A DNA stretch of 64,000 bases from Desulfosudaceae bacterium (GCA_963674745.2 CAXXDV010000001.1:96001-160000), one strand, 5' to 3'. Shown: positions 9,130 through 20,352, counted from the first letter of the stretch. Notes: generated by a model not told the origin, from the letters alone. A program made the numbers and translations.

Positions 9130-9909
9130 TTACCAGTGCATGCGCTGGGGCACCCCCCTGGAATCCAAAAACTGCTTAATCCCCTCAATGGTATAGGTGC
9201 CGTAATGCACCATGGAAGCGATCAGGGCGGCATCGGCCTTGCCTTCGGTCAGGGCTTCATAAAGGTGGGCCGGTTCACCGGCACCGCCTGAGGCGATAAC
9301 CGGGATGGACACGTTTTCGGAGATCAGCCGGGTCAATTCAATATCATAACCCTGGCGCACGCCGTCGGCATCAATGGAATTTAAGCATATCTCACCCGCC
9401 CCGCGTTCCTGCCCTTCTCTGGCCCAGTTGACGGCATCAATACCCATGTATTTCCGTCCGCCGTTGATGACGATTTCAAAACCCGAGGGAATGGCGGCGC
9501 TCTTTTCCACGCGTTTGACATCCATGCCCAGCACCACGCACTGGTTCCCGAATTTCACGGCCCCTTCGGTGATGATGTCCGGGTTCTGGACCGCCGAGGA
9601 ATTGACACTTATTTTTTCCGCGCCGGCCAGCAGCGTATCCCGCATATCCTGGACCGTACGGATACCGCCGCCCACCGAAAAAGGGATAAAAATCGTTTCC
9701 GCCACCGCCCGCACCACGTCGATCATGAGATTTCTTTTTTCATGGGAAGCGGTAATATCGTAAAACACGAGTTCATCGGCACCGGCCTCATAATACATCC
9801 GGGCCATCTCGACCGGATCGCCGATATCGACATTGTTCTTGAATTTTATCCCTTTGGTTGTCCGGCCTTCCCGGACATCGAGACAGGGAATGATGCGTTT
9901 GCTCAGCAT
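9130..9909 (-). CDS. hisF: Imidazole glycerol phosphate synthase cyclase subunit
   Basis: [39 protein letters not shown] and [10 protein letters not shown]. Confidence 0.97.
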   Translation of the reverse strand: MLSKRIIPCLDVREGRTTKGIKFKNNVDIGDPVEMARMYYEAGADELVFYDITASHEKRNLMIDVVRAVAETIFIPFSVGGGIRTVQDMRDTLLAGAEKISVNSSAVQNPDIITEGAVKFGNQCVVLGMDVKRVEKSAAIPSGFEIVINGGRKYMGIDAVNWAREGQERGAGEICLNSIDADGVRQGYDIELTRLISENVSIPVIASGGAGEPAHLYEALTEGKADAALIASMVHYGTYTIEGIKQFLDSRGVPQRMHW

Positions 9910-10532
9910 GGCGACCACCTGCAGAAATTTTCCAGCAACCGTAACCCCTGAGGCCCGCTCTTTTCCGGGTGGAACTGTGTGGCGATGACATTGCCAAGGC
10001 CCATGACGGAGGCAAAAGAGATACCGTAATCCGTAACAGCCAGGCAGTCTTCCTCATTTTGCGGCGCCGGATAGTAGCTGTGAACAAAATAAAAACTGTC
10101 GTCCGGTTCGATCCCCTCCAGAACCGGGTGGACACCTTTTATCTGGATGGTGTTCCAGCCCATGTGGGGTATTTTCAGGGCCGTGCCATCCTGGTCTTTC
10201 ATCCCGGTGGAAAAGGGTCGGACGTCCCCTTTGACAATCCCCAGACAGGGGCAATCATTTTCATAACTGAATTCCAGAATGATCTGGGTGCCCAGGCAAA
10301 TTCCCAGCAGAGGTGTCTCACGGGAAGCGACCTGCTTGACGGCTTCTCCCAGACCGGTTTTTGTCAGTACATCCATGGCAGCACCGGCAGCGCCCACCCC
10401 GGGGAATATAACACGTTCGGCAGCCAGGATGTCGTCCGGATTTTTGGTCACCCGATTCGGTTGCCCGATATAATCCAGGGCACGGGCGACACTGGTCAGG
10501 TTGCCGGCTTCATAGTCAACAATGGCAATCAT
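9903..10532 (-). CDS. hisH: Imidazole glycerol phosphate synthase glutamine amidotransferase subunit
   Basis: [34 protein letters not shown] and QFHPEKSG. Confidence 0.97.
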   Translation of the reverse strand: MIAIVDYEAGNLTSVARALDYIGQPNRVTKNPDDILAAERVIFPGVGAAGAAMDVLTKTGLGEAVKQVASRETPLLGICLGTQIILEFSYENDCPCLGIVKGDVRPFSTGMKDQDGTALKIPHMGWNTIQIKGVHPVLEGIEPDDSFYFVHSYYPAPQNEEDCLAVTDYGISFASVMGLGNVIATQFHPEKSGPQGLRLLENFCRWSPC

Positions 10533-11335
10533 CCGGTTGCCTCCTTGGCCTTGTCCCAGAGCGTGTCCAGGGTATTAAAATCCGTTCCCTCAACTGTTTC
10601 ACCTTTCTCTGCCAGTATGGATTCCATATATTTGAACCGCCTTACGAACTTATTGACCGCCTCGGTCAGGGCGACTTCCGGGTGAATCTTCAAAAACCGG
10701 GCCAGGTTGACAAAGGTAAAAAAAACATCACCGAACTCGTTTTGTATCCTGTCGGCATCATCCAGCGCGATGGCGGATTCAAGCTCCGCTGTTTCCTCTT
10801 TTACCTTGTCCATTACGCCGGTCACATCCGGCCAGTCAAACCCGACCCTGGCGGCCCGGGTCGTCAGCCGGTATGCCCGCAGCAGGGCCGGCATGCCCTT
10901 CGGGACCGTGTCCATTGTTGAAACCGGCTCTTTTCCTTCTTTTTCCTGCAGTTTGATCTGGTGCCATCTTCTTTTAACATCTTCGACGGTGTCCGCCGCT
11001 TTATCACCAAACACATGCGGATGTCGGCGGATCATTTTTTCAGCAGAGATATCGGCCGCATCGGACAGGGAAAACAAATGTCTGGATTCGTAAATGGCGG
11101 CGATAAAAAGCACCTGGAACAAAACATCTCCCAGTTCTTCACCTATTTTAACCGGGTCGTCTTCTTCAATGGCGTCGATCAGTTCGTAAACTTCCTCCAC
11201 CAGGTAGGTGGTCATGGATCGGGGGGTCTGCTTCCGATCCCAGGGACAGCCCTCATCGCCCCTTAATATAGCAATGATTGTTTTCAGCCTGTCAATGGCG
11301 GAAGGTGCCGCGTTTATTTGTTCTGACTTTTCCAA
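10529..11335 (-). CDS. mazG: Nucleoside triphosphate pyrophosphohydrolase
   Basis: GCPWDRKQT, EELGDVLFQ, KMIRRHPHVF and a second EFGD motif. Confidence 0.95.
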   Translation of the reverse strand: MEKSEQINAAPSAIDRLKTIIAILRGDEGCPWDRKQTPRSMTTYLVEEVYELIDAIEEDDPVKIGEELGDVLFQVLFIAAIYESRHLFSLSDAADISAEKMIRRHPHVFGDKAADTVEDVKRRWHQIKLQEKEGKEPVSTMDTVPKGMPALLRAYRLTTRAARVGFDWPDVTGVMDKVKEETAELESAIALDDADRIQNEFGDVFFTFVNLARFLKIHPEVALTEAVNKFVRRFKYMESILAEKGETVEGTDFNTLDTLWDKAKEATG

Positions 11336-11844
11336 CTCTTCCGTACCTTGTCTATCTTCGTACCGACCTTATCCGGGAACCCGGACGAAGCAACCCCGGC
11401 CATGGCCTCGGTTGCCGTGATCACGTATCCGTATAACATGGACTGCTTCATATGCGGCGTGGCCGGATGGACAAACCGCGCAACTACAAAAAAAACAACG
11501 CCCAGCAGAAGCGCGCTCTTCAATGCGCCAAAGCCCGCACCCAGCAGACGATCCACCCAGCCCAGCATGGTCACCCCAAGGGCCCACCGGATCAGAATGG
11601 CCACCAGATGAACCGCAACCAACACACCGCAAAAAACAACCGCAAAGCCGATAACATCGGCATAAGCACTGCCGGCAATCTTTGCCGGAAACAGCCGGAC
11701 GGCCCGGGAACCGAACATCAGGGCAGCGTAGAATCCGGCCACAACGCCGATAATCGACGCCAGCTCACGGGTTAACCCTCTGAAAATGCCGCGAATCACA
11801 AAAACAGCGGTCACGACGACAATAATCATATCAATAATATTCAC
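11314..11844 (-). CDS. cvpA: CvpA (colicin V production) family membrane protein
   Basis: NIIDMII...IRGIFRGLTRE and DRLLGAGFG. The start is placed at GTG 11844 by family pattern. Confidence 0.85.
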   Translation of the reverse strand: MNIIDMIIVVVTAVFVIRGIFRGLTRELASIIGVVAGFYAALMFGSRAVRLFPAKIAGSAYADVIGFAVVFCGVLVAVHLVAILIRWALGVTMLGWVDRLLGAGFGALKSALLLGVVFFVVARFVHPATPHMKQSMLYGYVITATEAMAGVASSGFPDKVGTKIDKVRKSWKSQNK

Positions 11845-11917
11845 CAGCGGCCCGCCTGCATAATGAAATATCCGGATCAACACCCGGTCAACGTTTTTTT
11901 ATCATATCGAACAAAAT

Positions 11918-11945
11918 TTGCAACACTGCTTTTTTGGTGTATAAT
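11918..11945 (+). promoter_or_regulatory. Putative sigma70 promoter of phoH
   Basis: TTGCAA-N16-TATAAT about 115 nt upstream of the ATG. Confidence 0.45.
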
Positions 11946-12058
11946 TGATCATGTTTATGTAACGATTGGTTGTATTAAGCAAATTGCGTAATTTTCAGTG
12001 CAGTCGGTGGCTTTGAAAGGGTTCAAGGATTCAAGGGGTCGAATAAACAAGGACATAA

Positions 12059-13039
12059 ATGCACGCTCAGGCAACGGTTGAAAAACCCTTACAGATAGAC
12101 TTTTCGGATATTGATCTGGCCAGACAACTTTTTGGTGAACATGGCTCCCACCTTAAGAGAATCGGTAAGGGGCTCCGTGTTAAGATCAATGCCAGGGGTG
12201 AAACCGTTTTTATAACAGGTGACACCCTGGCCGTTGAGCTGGCCGCAAATGTGCTCCGCCAACTTTACGCCCTGCTGGAAGAAAACTACCCTGTCTATGA
12301 AACGGATATTGATCATGCCGTCAAGGCCCTTCGTGAGGACAGTAAAACCAACTTAAAAGACCTCTTTCTGGAAACCGTATACGTAACCGCCAAAAAACGG
12401 CCGATCACCCCCCGAAGCGCGAATCAGAAAGCTTATATCGAGGCCATCCGGAAGTACGATATGGTCTTCGGTATCGGACCGGCCGGAACGGGTAAAACCT
12501 ATCTGGCCATGGCCATGGCCGTGGCGGCGTTCAAGGCCAATCTGGTCAGTCGCATTATTCTGACCCGGCCGGCCGTGGAAGCCGGAGAGGCCCTGGGGTT
12601 TCTGCCCGGAGACCTGGCTGAAAAAGTGGACCCTTATCTGCGACCGCTTTATGACGCGCTTTATGAAATGATGAGTTTTGAAAAAATCGCCGCCCTGATG
12701 GACAAAAAAGCCATTGAAGTGGCGCCGTTGGCCTTTATGCGGGGACGAACGCTGAACGACTCTTTTGTTATCCTCGACGAAGCCCAGAACACCACCTCAC
12801 AGCAGATGAAAATGTTTCTCACCCGGATCGGATTCAATTCCAAGGCCGTTATTACCGGTGACATTACACAGATTGATCTGCCCGGGGGAAAGCCCTCGGG
12901 ACTGATTGAAGCCAATGAAATTCTTCAAAATATCGAAGGGTTAAAGTTTGTCTACTTTTCAAAAAAAGATGTCGTCAGACACAGCCTGGTAGAAAAAATT
13001 ATTGCCGCCTACGAAGAAAACGATCTGGACCAAAAATGA
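12059..13039 (+). CDS. phoH: PhoH/YbeZ family ATPase
   Basis: GPAGTGKTYLA, LTRPAVEAGEALGFLPGDL, LAFMRGRTL and DEAQN. Confidence 0.95.
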   Translation: MHAQATVEKPLQIDFSDIDLARQLFGEHGSHLKRIGKGLRVKINARGETVFITGDTLAVELAANVLRQLYALLEENYPVYETDIDHAVKALREDSKTNLKDLFLETVYVTAKKRPITPRSANQKAYIEAIRKYDMVFGIGPAGTGKTYLAMAMAVAAFKANLVSRIILTRPAVEAGEALGFLPGDLAEKVDPYLRPLYDALYEMMSFEKIAALMDKKAIEVAPLAFMRGRTLNDSFVILDEAQNTTSQQMKMFLTRIGFNSKAVITGDITQIDLPGGKPSGLIEANEILQNIEGLKFVYFSKKDVVRHSLVEKIIAAYEENDLDQK

Positions 13040-13284
13040 GCAAACCCGCGGGCTGACAGCGGTCCGACAGGTTCGGCAGGGCCGGCGGGCCCTTCGCCCG
13101 AAAGAACAACTAATTGAAAAAACTAATAAATATAGGAAAATCGTTTTTTTCTTGCAAAACACCATCGGTATTTTATAAAACCATCCATGCAACTTATTAA
13201 AAAAAAATTGTTGATCATATACGACAAAACAGACAGCCAAATCATAAGTTAACCTGTTAAGGCTAACCTTTTCGTATTTCCACC

Positions 13285-15657
13285 ATGAAAAACAAATCCT
13301 TCAAGAACCGTTTTGCTTTACCCCAGGACAGTAAAACGTATAAGTGGATATTAATGGCGGCAACCGCCATCGTCTTTGCCGGAACTTTTTTTTCATCAAG
13401 CCTGCCGGATCATTTTTACGGCTATAAAGTCAATGATATCGCAAGGGAAGACATCAAGGCACCGACCGACTTCCTCATCAATGACACCATTGCCACGGAA
13501 GAAAAGCGCCGGGAGGTCACCCAGAAAACGTTGACGGTTTATGATTACAATGACCGGCTTTCCAACCAGATTAAACAACGGTTGGCCGTCAGTTTTGACA
13601 CCGCCAGAAAAGAACAGGAGGAAAAAACAGAGCCCGTCAGTACCCAAAGCGGTCCCGCCATCGGCGGAAAAGAGCAGTTTGAAAAACTGCTGGGGATTCC
13701 CGTCAGTGACGGTGCCTATACCCTTCTGGAAAAGGAGCATTTTTCCAGAACCATAGAAGCCCTCATCTACCAGATCACCTCGGAGGTACTGGATAACGGC
13801 GTGGTAGCCGATAAAGAGACACTGCTCCGGGAAAAGGATAAAGGGATCATTTTAAGCCGGGTAAGCACCGACGAAGAAGAGGTCATTTTCAACCTCAGAC
13901 GTTTTTACGGACCGGATCAGGCACAGACCATGGTCCGCATCATCGGGGATCCGTTGCTGAACAAAATGGATTATTCGGTTAAAAACCTGATCGTAGATTT
14001 CAGCCAGAGGCTTTTATCCCCCAACGTCACCCTGAATGCCAACAAAACCGAAAAAATCAAAAACGAAGCCCGGGAAAGCGTTAAACCGATATTATTTGAA
14101 GTTAAAAAAGGGGAAATGATCATCCGGGAAGGCCAGAGGATTGCCGGGCAGCACCTGTTAAAACTCGAAGAACTCGAAAATCAGGCTAAAAGCCAGGTGC
14201 CCATATTTACCACCATTGGCGCCGCGTTTCTGGGGGCGCTTGTCCTGCTGGTAATTTTTCTGCGAAACTCGGAAAGTAAACAGCGGGGGGTTCTGGCCGA
14301 CAGTAAAAATCTGCTTTTTTTCGCCACCATGCTCTGTCTTTCATTCATTGCCGCCCGTTCTTCTCTTTCCCTAGCAAAAGCCATCGCCTTTAACGCATCA
14401 TCCGGCATAACACCGGAGTCCATTTTTCTGGCAATCCCCCTGGCCACCAGCGCCATGATTGTCTGTCTCTTCATGGACATCGAGTTAACCGCGTCTTTCG
14501 CCCTCATTCTGGCCTTGTGCACCGGTGCCATTTTTGAGAACCGGTTTGCGGTGTTTGTATATTCCATCCTGAACATGACCATGGCGGCCTACTGGATGCA
14601 GCACTGCCGTGAAAGAAAGGTGTTTATCAAAGCCGGCACCAAGCTGGGCCTTTTCAACATGGCGCTGGCTTTAGCACTGAATCTGTATTTTCAAAACACG
14701 GCCCCGACACGCATCCTGATTGACTGTGCCCTGGCTTTTTCAGGCGGTCTTCTGTCAGGTGTTCTGACCGCCGGCCTGGCACCCATCATCGAGATTGTTT
14801 TTAATTACACGACCGACATCAAACTGCTGGAACTGTCCAACCTCGACCAGCCCTTGATGCGAAAGCTGATGCTGGAAGCACCCGGAACATACCATCATTC
14901 GCTGATCGTCGGTTCCATGGTGGAAGCCGCCGCATCAGAGGTCGGCGCCAATCCCTTGCTGGCCAGGGTCTGCGGTTATTATCATGATATCGGCAAGACC
15001 ACCAAACCATTTTATTTTATTGAAAACCAGAAAGACGCGAAAAACAAGCATGAAAAACTGGCACCTTCCATGTCCAGCCTGGTGCTTATTTCCCATGTCA
15101 AGGAAGGCGTTGAGATTGCCAGGGAGCACAAGCTGGGAACGCCCGTCATCGATGCCATTCAGCAACACCACGGTACCAGCCTGATCACTTACTTTTATGA
15201 AAAAGCAAAACGCTTGAAAAAAGAAGAAAACGAAAAAAACCCGGGCAAGGAAAAAGAAATCAACGTGGATGATTTCAGATACCCGGGGCCCAAACCCCAA
15301 ACCAGGGAAGCCGGGCTGGTCATGCTGGCCGACATTGTTGAAGCGGCCGCCAGAACCCTTGAATCACCTACCTCTTCCCGGCTTCAGGGGTTGATACAGG
15401 ACTTAATCAACAAGACCTTTTCAGACGGTCAGCTGAACGAATGTGAATTAACGTTGAAAGACCTTAACAGCATCGCCAGAAGCTTTAATACCATTCTCTC
15501 CGGGATATACCATCACCGAATCGAATACCCCGGCACAGCCAACGGGAAAAAGAAAAATGGCAGTACTGATAAACAACAATCAAAAAAATCATCGTCTCCC
15601 CGTGCAGAAGATACAGAAGACAGCTCAGGCCGCCTTAAACGCCTTGGGCAATCCTGA
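13285..15657 (+). CDS. 7TM-HD (HDIG) membrane phosphohydrolase, PgpH-like
   Basis: Extracytoplasmic domain, multiple TM helices, APGTYHHS, YYHDIGK, HHGT, FRYPGPKP and MLAD; sits between phoH and ybeY. Confidence 0.92.
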   Translation: MKNKSFKNRFALPQDSKTYKWILMAATAIVFAGTFFSSSLPDHFYGYKVNDIAREDIKAPTDFLINDTIATEEKRREVTQKTLTVYDYNDRLSNQIKQRLAVSFDTARKEQEEKTEPVSTQSGPAIGGKEQFEKLLGIPVSDGAYTLLEKEHFSRTIEALIYQITSEVLDNGVVADKETLLREKDKGIILSRVSTDEEEVIFNLRRFYGPDQAQTMVRIIGDPLLNKMDYSVKNLIVDFSQRLLSPNVTLNANKTEKIKNEARESVKPILFEVKKGEMIIREGQRIAGQHLLKLEELENQAKSQVPIFTTIGAAFLGALVLLVIFLRNSESKQRGVLADSKNLLFFATMLCLSFIAARSSLSLAKAIAFNASSGITPESIFLAIPLATSAMIVCLFMDIELTASFALILALCTGAIFENRFAVFVYSILNMTMAAYWMQHCRERKVFIKAGTKLGLFNMALALALNLYFQNTAPTRILIDCALAFSGGLLSGVLTAGLAPIIEIVFNYTTDIKLLELSNLDQPLMRKLMLEAPGTYHHSLIVGSMVEAAASEVGANPLLARVCGYYHDIGKTTKPFYFIENQKDAKNKHEKLAPSMSSLVLISHVKEGVEIAREHKLGTPVIDAIQQHHGTSLITYFYEKAKRLKKEENEKNPGKEKEINVDDFRYPGPKPQTREAGLVMLADIVEAAARTLESPTSSRLQGLIQDLINKTFSDGQLNECELTLKDLNSIARSFNTILSGIYHHRIEYPGTANGKKKNGSTDKQQSKKSSSPRAEDTEDSSGRLKRLGQS

Positions 15658-15997
15658 TGCCGAGCTTTCCCTTTTGATCACCGATGATACCGAAATCGCC
15701 CGATACAACAAAACATACTTGAACCGAAACGGCCCGACCAACGTCATTGCTTTTCCCATGACCGAAGGCGAATATCCTGACATCACCCCGGGCCTTCTGG
15801 GAGACGTGGTTGTCTCGGCTGACACCGCCGCCAGAGAAGCCGAAGAAATGGACATCAGCACCGAAGAACGTTTTACACAACTGTTGATTCATGGTATTTT
15901 GCATCTTCTGGGCTACGATCACGAAACTTCCGAAATTGATGCGGCGAAAATGGAACGCAAATCGGAAGAGCTGCTCGATACTATTGGCCCCCTCTAA
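15557..15997 (+). CDS. ybeY: rRNA maturation RNase YbeY
   Basis: PTNVIAF, LLGDVVVS and IHGILHLLGYDH. Confidence 0.95.
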   Translation: MAVLINNNQKNHRLPVQKIQKTAQAALNALGNPDAELSLLITDDTEIARYNKTYLNRNGPTNVIAFPMTEGEYPDITPGLLGDVVVSADTAAREAEEMDISTEERFTQLLIHGILHLLGYDHETSEIDAAKMERKSEELLDTIGPL

Positions 15998-16026
15998 AAT
16001 CGAATAAACTTAGGAGGATATTTGTT

Positions 16027-16746
16027 ATGGCAGGACTGGCTGTCAATGTCGATCATATTGCTACTATCAGGCAGGCCAGAGGCGTGAGCTATCCTGACCC
16101 GGCCGCCGCGGCGGTTCTGGTTGAACTGGCCGGTGCCGACGGTGTAGTGGTTCATTTACGTGGCGACCGCCGGCATATCAATGACGACGATGTCAGAAAA
16201 GTGAAGCAGGTCATCAAGACCCGGTTGATTCTGGAAATGGCCGCTACTGATGAAATGGTTGAAATGGCGCTGGAAGTAACACCCGACCTGGTGACCCTGG
16301 TGCCTGAGACCCGGGAAGAGATAACCACTGAAGGCGGACTTAACCTGTCGGCAAATATAAAGAACACCACCCGCATAGTCGATAAACTGCAGTCAAACGA
16401 CATCCGGATCAGCATTTTTATCGACCCGGACACCGAACAGATCCGTCGCGTCCGGGATACCGGCGCCTCGATAATTGAAATTCACACCGGGGCCTTTTGC
16501 GATGCCGTGAGCAAAAAAGAAAAAACCGCCCAATTTGAAAAAATCAGGGCCGCGGTAAAAGTGGCCTATGACCTTGGCCTGGGCATCAACGCCGGGCACG
16601 GTATCTGTTACAACACCATCAAATGGTTTGCCGGCATGTCGGAAATCGATGAATTCAGCATCGGCCACAGTATTGTCTCCAGAGCCGCCATGGTCGGTAT
16701 GGACAGGGCGGTCAGGGATATGCTGGCGTTAATCAAGGGGCTTTAA
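16027..16746 (+). CDS. pdxJ: Pyridoxine 5'-phosphate synthase
   Basis: LAVNVDHIATIRQAR, HLRGDRRHI, TTEGGL, NAGHG and IGHSI. Confidence 0.97.
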   Translation: MAGLAVNVDHIATIRQARGVSYPDPAAAAVLVELAGADGVVVHLRGDRRHINDDDVRKVKQVIKTRLILEMAATDEMVEMALEVTPDLVTLVPETREEITTEGGLNLSANIKNTTRIVDKLQSNDIRISIFIDPDTEQIRRVRDTGASIIEIHTGAFCDAVSKKEKTAQFEKIRAAVKVAYDLGLGINAGHGICYNTIKWFAGMSEIDEFSIGHSIVSRAAMVGMDRAVRDMLALIKGL

Positions 16747-16747
16747 C

Positions 16748-18316
16748 ATGTATCTTGTATCAGCCGACGAAATGCGGGAGATGGACCGGCAGACCATCGA
16801 AGATTTCGGTCTTCCCGGTCGGGTGTTAATGGAAATCGCGGGCCGGGGCGCCACCCGCTGGCTGCTGGAATGTTTTCCGGATGTGCTGGAAATGAAAACC
16901 GGCATTCTGGCGGGACGCGGCAACAACGGCGGCGACGGTTTTGTTATCGCCAGATATTTGCATCAGAAAGGCGCCCGGGTAACGATTTTTCTTTTAACCG
17001 ACGAAAAACGGGTAACGGGTGATGCTGCCGCCAACCTGGCCCTGGCCCACGCCTCAGGCATTCCGGTCATCGACCTGGCCGACGAAACCGCTTTTGCGGC
17101 CAACAGAACCGGACTGGTTCATCAGCACCTTTTTGTCGATGCCATTCTCGGTACCGGGTTAAAGTCAGATGTCAGCGGTTATTACAAAACCGTTATTGAT
17201 TTTATCAACCATTCGGACAAACCCGTCTTTTCCGTGGACATCCCCTCCGGACTTCATGCCGATACCGGTCAACCCTGCGGCGCATGCCTTCGGGCCGAGG
17301 CCACCGCGACCTTTGGTTACGCCAAAACCGGGCTGATTCTTTTTCCGGGAGCGGACCTTGCCGGTGATTTAACCGTGATTGATATCGGTATCCCTCCGTT
17401 TATCGCCGACCGGGTCGCACCCGGTAAATGGCTGTTGACCGGAGCCATGGTCTCCGGATACCTGGTCCCCCGCCGACCGGATGCCCATAAGGGGAAAACC
17501 GGTCATTTGCTGGTCGTTGCCGGCGCCCGCGGCAAAACCGGTGCCGCCGTAATGACGGCCGAATCGGCCATGAGAGCCGGTGCCGGACTGGTTACGCTGG
17601 CCCTCCCGGACGGTACACAGCCTACGGCCGCAGCCGGCTTGACGGAAGTGATGACACTGCCGGTCGGTGTTTCCGGCCAGACGATACTTGACCGAAGCTG
17701 CCTTGATCAAATTTTAACGGCTCTGGCCGGCAAAACCTGCCTGGCGCTGGGTCCCGGGATCGGCACCGACGAAGCCACCACCGAACTGGTCTATGAATTG
17801 ATTCAATCTTCACAGATCCCCCTGGTTATTGACGCTGACGGTCTGAACTGTCTGGTCGGTCACCTGGACATTCTGAAAAACAATCCCGGCCCGGTCATCC
17901 TGACGCCGCATCCGGGCGAAATGGCCAGGCTGGCCGGAATTTCAACCGCCGAAGTCCAACAGGACAGGATCGCCTGCGCCCGCAATCTGGCTGAAAGACA
18001 CGGCGTTCATGTCGTCTTAAAGGGCGCCGGAACGGTTATCGCCCACCCGGACGGAAAAATCTTCGTCAACCCTACCGGAAATCCCGGCATGGCTTCGGGC
18101 GGCATGGGTGATGTACTGACCGGTCTGATCGCCGGTTTTATCTGCCAGGGTTATGATTACGGACCGTCCGCGCATCTGGGGGTGTTCCTCCATGGCGCAG
18201 CCGCCGACCGGTTGGCTGAAAATTCCGGCATCGGTTACCTGGCATCGGAAGTCATGGCCGAAATCCCGGAGACCATGGCCGCCCTGATGACAATGGACGA
18301 TATGAATCTTGCTTAA
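16748..18316 (+). CDS. nnr: Bifunctional NAD(P)H-hydrate epimerase/dehydratase
   Basis: GRGNNGGDG and VDIPSG (YjeF_N); HKG, IDADGLN, LTPHPGEM and GGMGDVLTG (YjeF_C). Confidence 0.95.
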   Translation: MYLVSADEMREMDRQTIEDFGLPGRVLMEIAGRGATRWLLECFPDVLEMKTGILAGRGNNGGDGFVIARYLHQKGARVTIFLLTDEKRVTGDAAANLALAHASGIPVIDLADETAFAANRTGLVHQHLFVDAILGTGLKSDVSGYYKTVIDFINHSDKPVFSVDIPSGLHADTGQPCGACLRAEATATFGYAKTGLILFPGADLAGDLTVIDIGIPPFIADRVAPGKWLLTGAMVSGYLVPRRPDAHKGKTGHLLVVAGARGKTGAAVMTAESAMRAGAGLVTLALPDGTQPTAAAGLTEVMTLPVGVSGQTILDRSCLDQILTALAGKTCLALGPGIGTDEATTELVYELIQSSQIPLVIDADGLNCLVGHLDILKNNPGPVILTPHPGEMARLAGISTAEVQQDRIACARNLAERHGVHVVLKGAGTVIAHPDGKIFVNPTGNPGMASGGMGDVLTGLIAGFICQGYDYGPSAHLGVFLHGAAADRLAENSGIGYLASEVMAEIPETMAALMTMDDMNLA

Positions 18317-18366
18317 AGCCGATACGATTATTAATTATGGATCTTCTCCAATTTAGTGCCTGCGCA

Positions 18367-18451
18367 GGGCTCAAGGATTCAAGGAGCCGAGGGTTCAAGG
18401 GATTATTATTGTCGTTTACTTGACCCCTTGAGTCCTTGAATCCTTGGCCCC
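18367..18451. repeat. Inverted pair of degenerate 8-mer (TTCAAGGA) tandem arms
   Basis: Left arm GGGCTCAAGGATTCAAGGAGCCGAGGGTTCAAG, right arm CTTGACCCCTTGAGTCCTTGAATCCTTGGCCC. Left-arm-only copies occur near 12019-12043 and 55226-55260. Confidence 0.75.
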
Positions 18452-18513
18452 TTTCAAGGCTTTTGACTAAATTAATATAAGAGGGAAACTTCTACCTGAA
18501 GTTCTATATTGTT

Positions 18514-18996
18514 ATGCATGTCTGCCTGACCACCCACACACCTGAAGAAACGCAACATTTGGGCAACATGCTTGGCAGGCATGCCGCTGAAGGTACGGTA
18601 ATCGGTTTGACAGGCGACCTGGGAAGCGGCAAAACCGCTTTCACCCAGGGCCTGGCCCGGGGAATCGGCATTATCAATGATTACGTAACCAGCCCCAGCT
18701 ACACCTTGATCAACCATTATTCAGGCCACGGGCCGGACCTTTTCCATATTGATCTATACCGGCTCACCGACAGTGCCGAAACCCGGGACCTGGGGCTGGA
18801 CGAAATCATTCACCGGAAGGGGGTAGTCGTCATCGAATGGGCTGAAAAGTTCGGCCGGCACTTCTGGCAGGAAGACCTTGAAATTCAGTTGAAAATAATC
18901 GGTGACACCGACCGGGAGATTTCCCTGACATCTTACGGGCCGAATGGTGACAACATCATGACGGCCTTACGTGCCGATTCGGATCAGCAATCATAA
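18514..18996 (+). CDS. tsaE: tRNA threonylcarbamoyladenosine biosynthesis ATPase
   Basis: GDLGSGKT, VTSPSYTL, HIDLYRL and VIEWAE. Confidence 0.95.
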   Translation: MHVCLTTHTPEETQHLGNMLGRHAAEGTVIGLTGDLGSGKTAFTQGLARGIGIINDYVTSPSYTLINHYSGHGPDLFHIDLYRLTDSAETRDLGLDEIIHRKGVVVIEWAEKFGRHFWQEDLEIQLKIIGDTDREISLTSYGPNGDNIMTALRADSDQQS

Positions 18997-19128
18997 AAGA
19001 GTCCTTCAGCATAATAATAAATGGGCATTACTAAAAAATTCCCTTGATTTATGAAGCCATAATGCATAACAACATGTTGATATATTAATACAAGCCATTT
19101 AAAGAACAATTCGTTCTAGAGAGGGAAT

Positions 19129-20352
19129 ATGAGTTTAATCGTTCAAAAATACGGCGGCACATCGGTTGGGGATATCGACCGCATCCGAAACGTGGCCAAC
19201 CGGGTGATTAAGACGTTCAAGGCCGGCAATGACGTCGTGGTTGTACTGTCGGCCATGGCGGGCGTTACCGACAATCTGATCAATCTCGCCAACCAGGCCT
19301 CCAGTGATCCCGATCCGCGGGAGCTGGACGCGCTGATGTCCACCGGAGAGCAGACGACTGTTACCCTGATGGCCATGATGCTGTCGGACATGGGCTATAA
19401 GGCCCGCTCCCTTCTCGGCCACCAGGCCGACATTCTGACCGATTCGGCCGCCACCAAAGCACGGATCATCAGCATCGGGGCCGACAGGATCAAGCAGTTA
19501 CTGTCCGAAAAACACATCGTCCTGGTGGCCGGGTTCCAGGGCTATGACAAGGATGGCAATATCACCACTTTGGGACGGGGCGGGTCGGACACCTCCGCGG
19601 TGGCCATTGCCTCCGGCATCAACGCCGATGTCTGTGAAATCTATACGGACGTCGACGGGGTCTACACCGCCGATCCATCTGTCTGTAAAAGAGCCCGCAA
19701 GCTTTCCGCCATCTGTTACGATGAAATGCTGGAGATGGCCAGCCTGGGCGCCAAAGTCCTGCAGATCCGGTCTGTGGAATTTGCCAAAAAATACAACGTA
19801 CCCGTACACGTGAGATCATCTTTTAACGAGGAGGAAGGAACCATGGTTGTGAATGAAGAATCCGTCGGCATGGAGCGGGTGATTATCTCCGGGGTAACCT
19901 GCACCAAGGACGCCGCCCGCATCACGCTTACAAAAGTCAAAGACCAGCCGGGTATTTCTTCTAAAATATTCTCCCCCCTGGCCGAGGCCAACATCCTGGT
20001 GGATATGATTATTCAGAACACCCGGGCCAGTGGATATACCGACCTGACGTTTACGGTGCCCAGGGGCGATTTCAAACAGGCCCTGGCCCTGTCCGAAAAG
20101 ATCGCCAAAGAGATCGAAGCGGAAAAAGTGTTGAGCGCGGAAAATATTGCCAAGGTTTCCGTGATCGGCGTGGGCATGAAAAGTCATTCCGGTGTGGCTG
20201 CCACCATGTTCGCGACGCTGGCCGCGGAGAACATCAACATTCTCATGATCAGCACCTCGGAAATCCGCATTTCCTGCGTTATTGAAGAAAAATATGCCGA
20301 ACTGGCCGTGCAAGTACTGCATACCGCCTTTGGGCTGGACAGTGAAAAATGA
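19129..20352 (+). CDS. lysC: Aspartate kinase
   Basis: [28 protein letters not shown] and two ACT domains (ISTSEIRIS). Confidence 0.96.
   Translation: MSLIVQKYGGTSVGDIDRIRNVANRVIKTFKAGNDVVVVLSAMAGVTDNLINLANQASSDPDPRELDALMSTGEQTTVTLMAMMLSDMGYKARSLLGHQADILTDSAATKARIISIGADRIKQLLSEKHIVLVAGFQGYDKDGNITTLGRGGSDTSAVAIASGINADVCEIYTDVDGVYTADPSVCKRARKLSAICYDEMLEMASLGAKVLQIRSVEFAKKYNVPVHVRSSFNEEEGTMVVNEESVGMERVIISGVTCTKDAARITLTKVKDQPGISSKIFSPLAEANILVDMIIQNTRASGYTDLTFTVPRGDFKQALALSEKIAKEIEAEKVLSAENIAKVSVIGVGMKSHSGVAATMFATLAAENINILMISTSEIRISCVIEEKYAELAVQVLHTAFGLDSEK

Noticed and set aside
13040..13110. GC-rich stretch after phoH resembling a c-di-GMP-I riboswitch (GCAAA, GAAA)
   Set aside because: Motif order and stems do not match the two-hairpin consensus. 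An Rfam scan would settle it.
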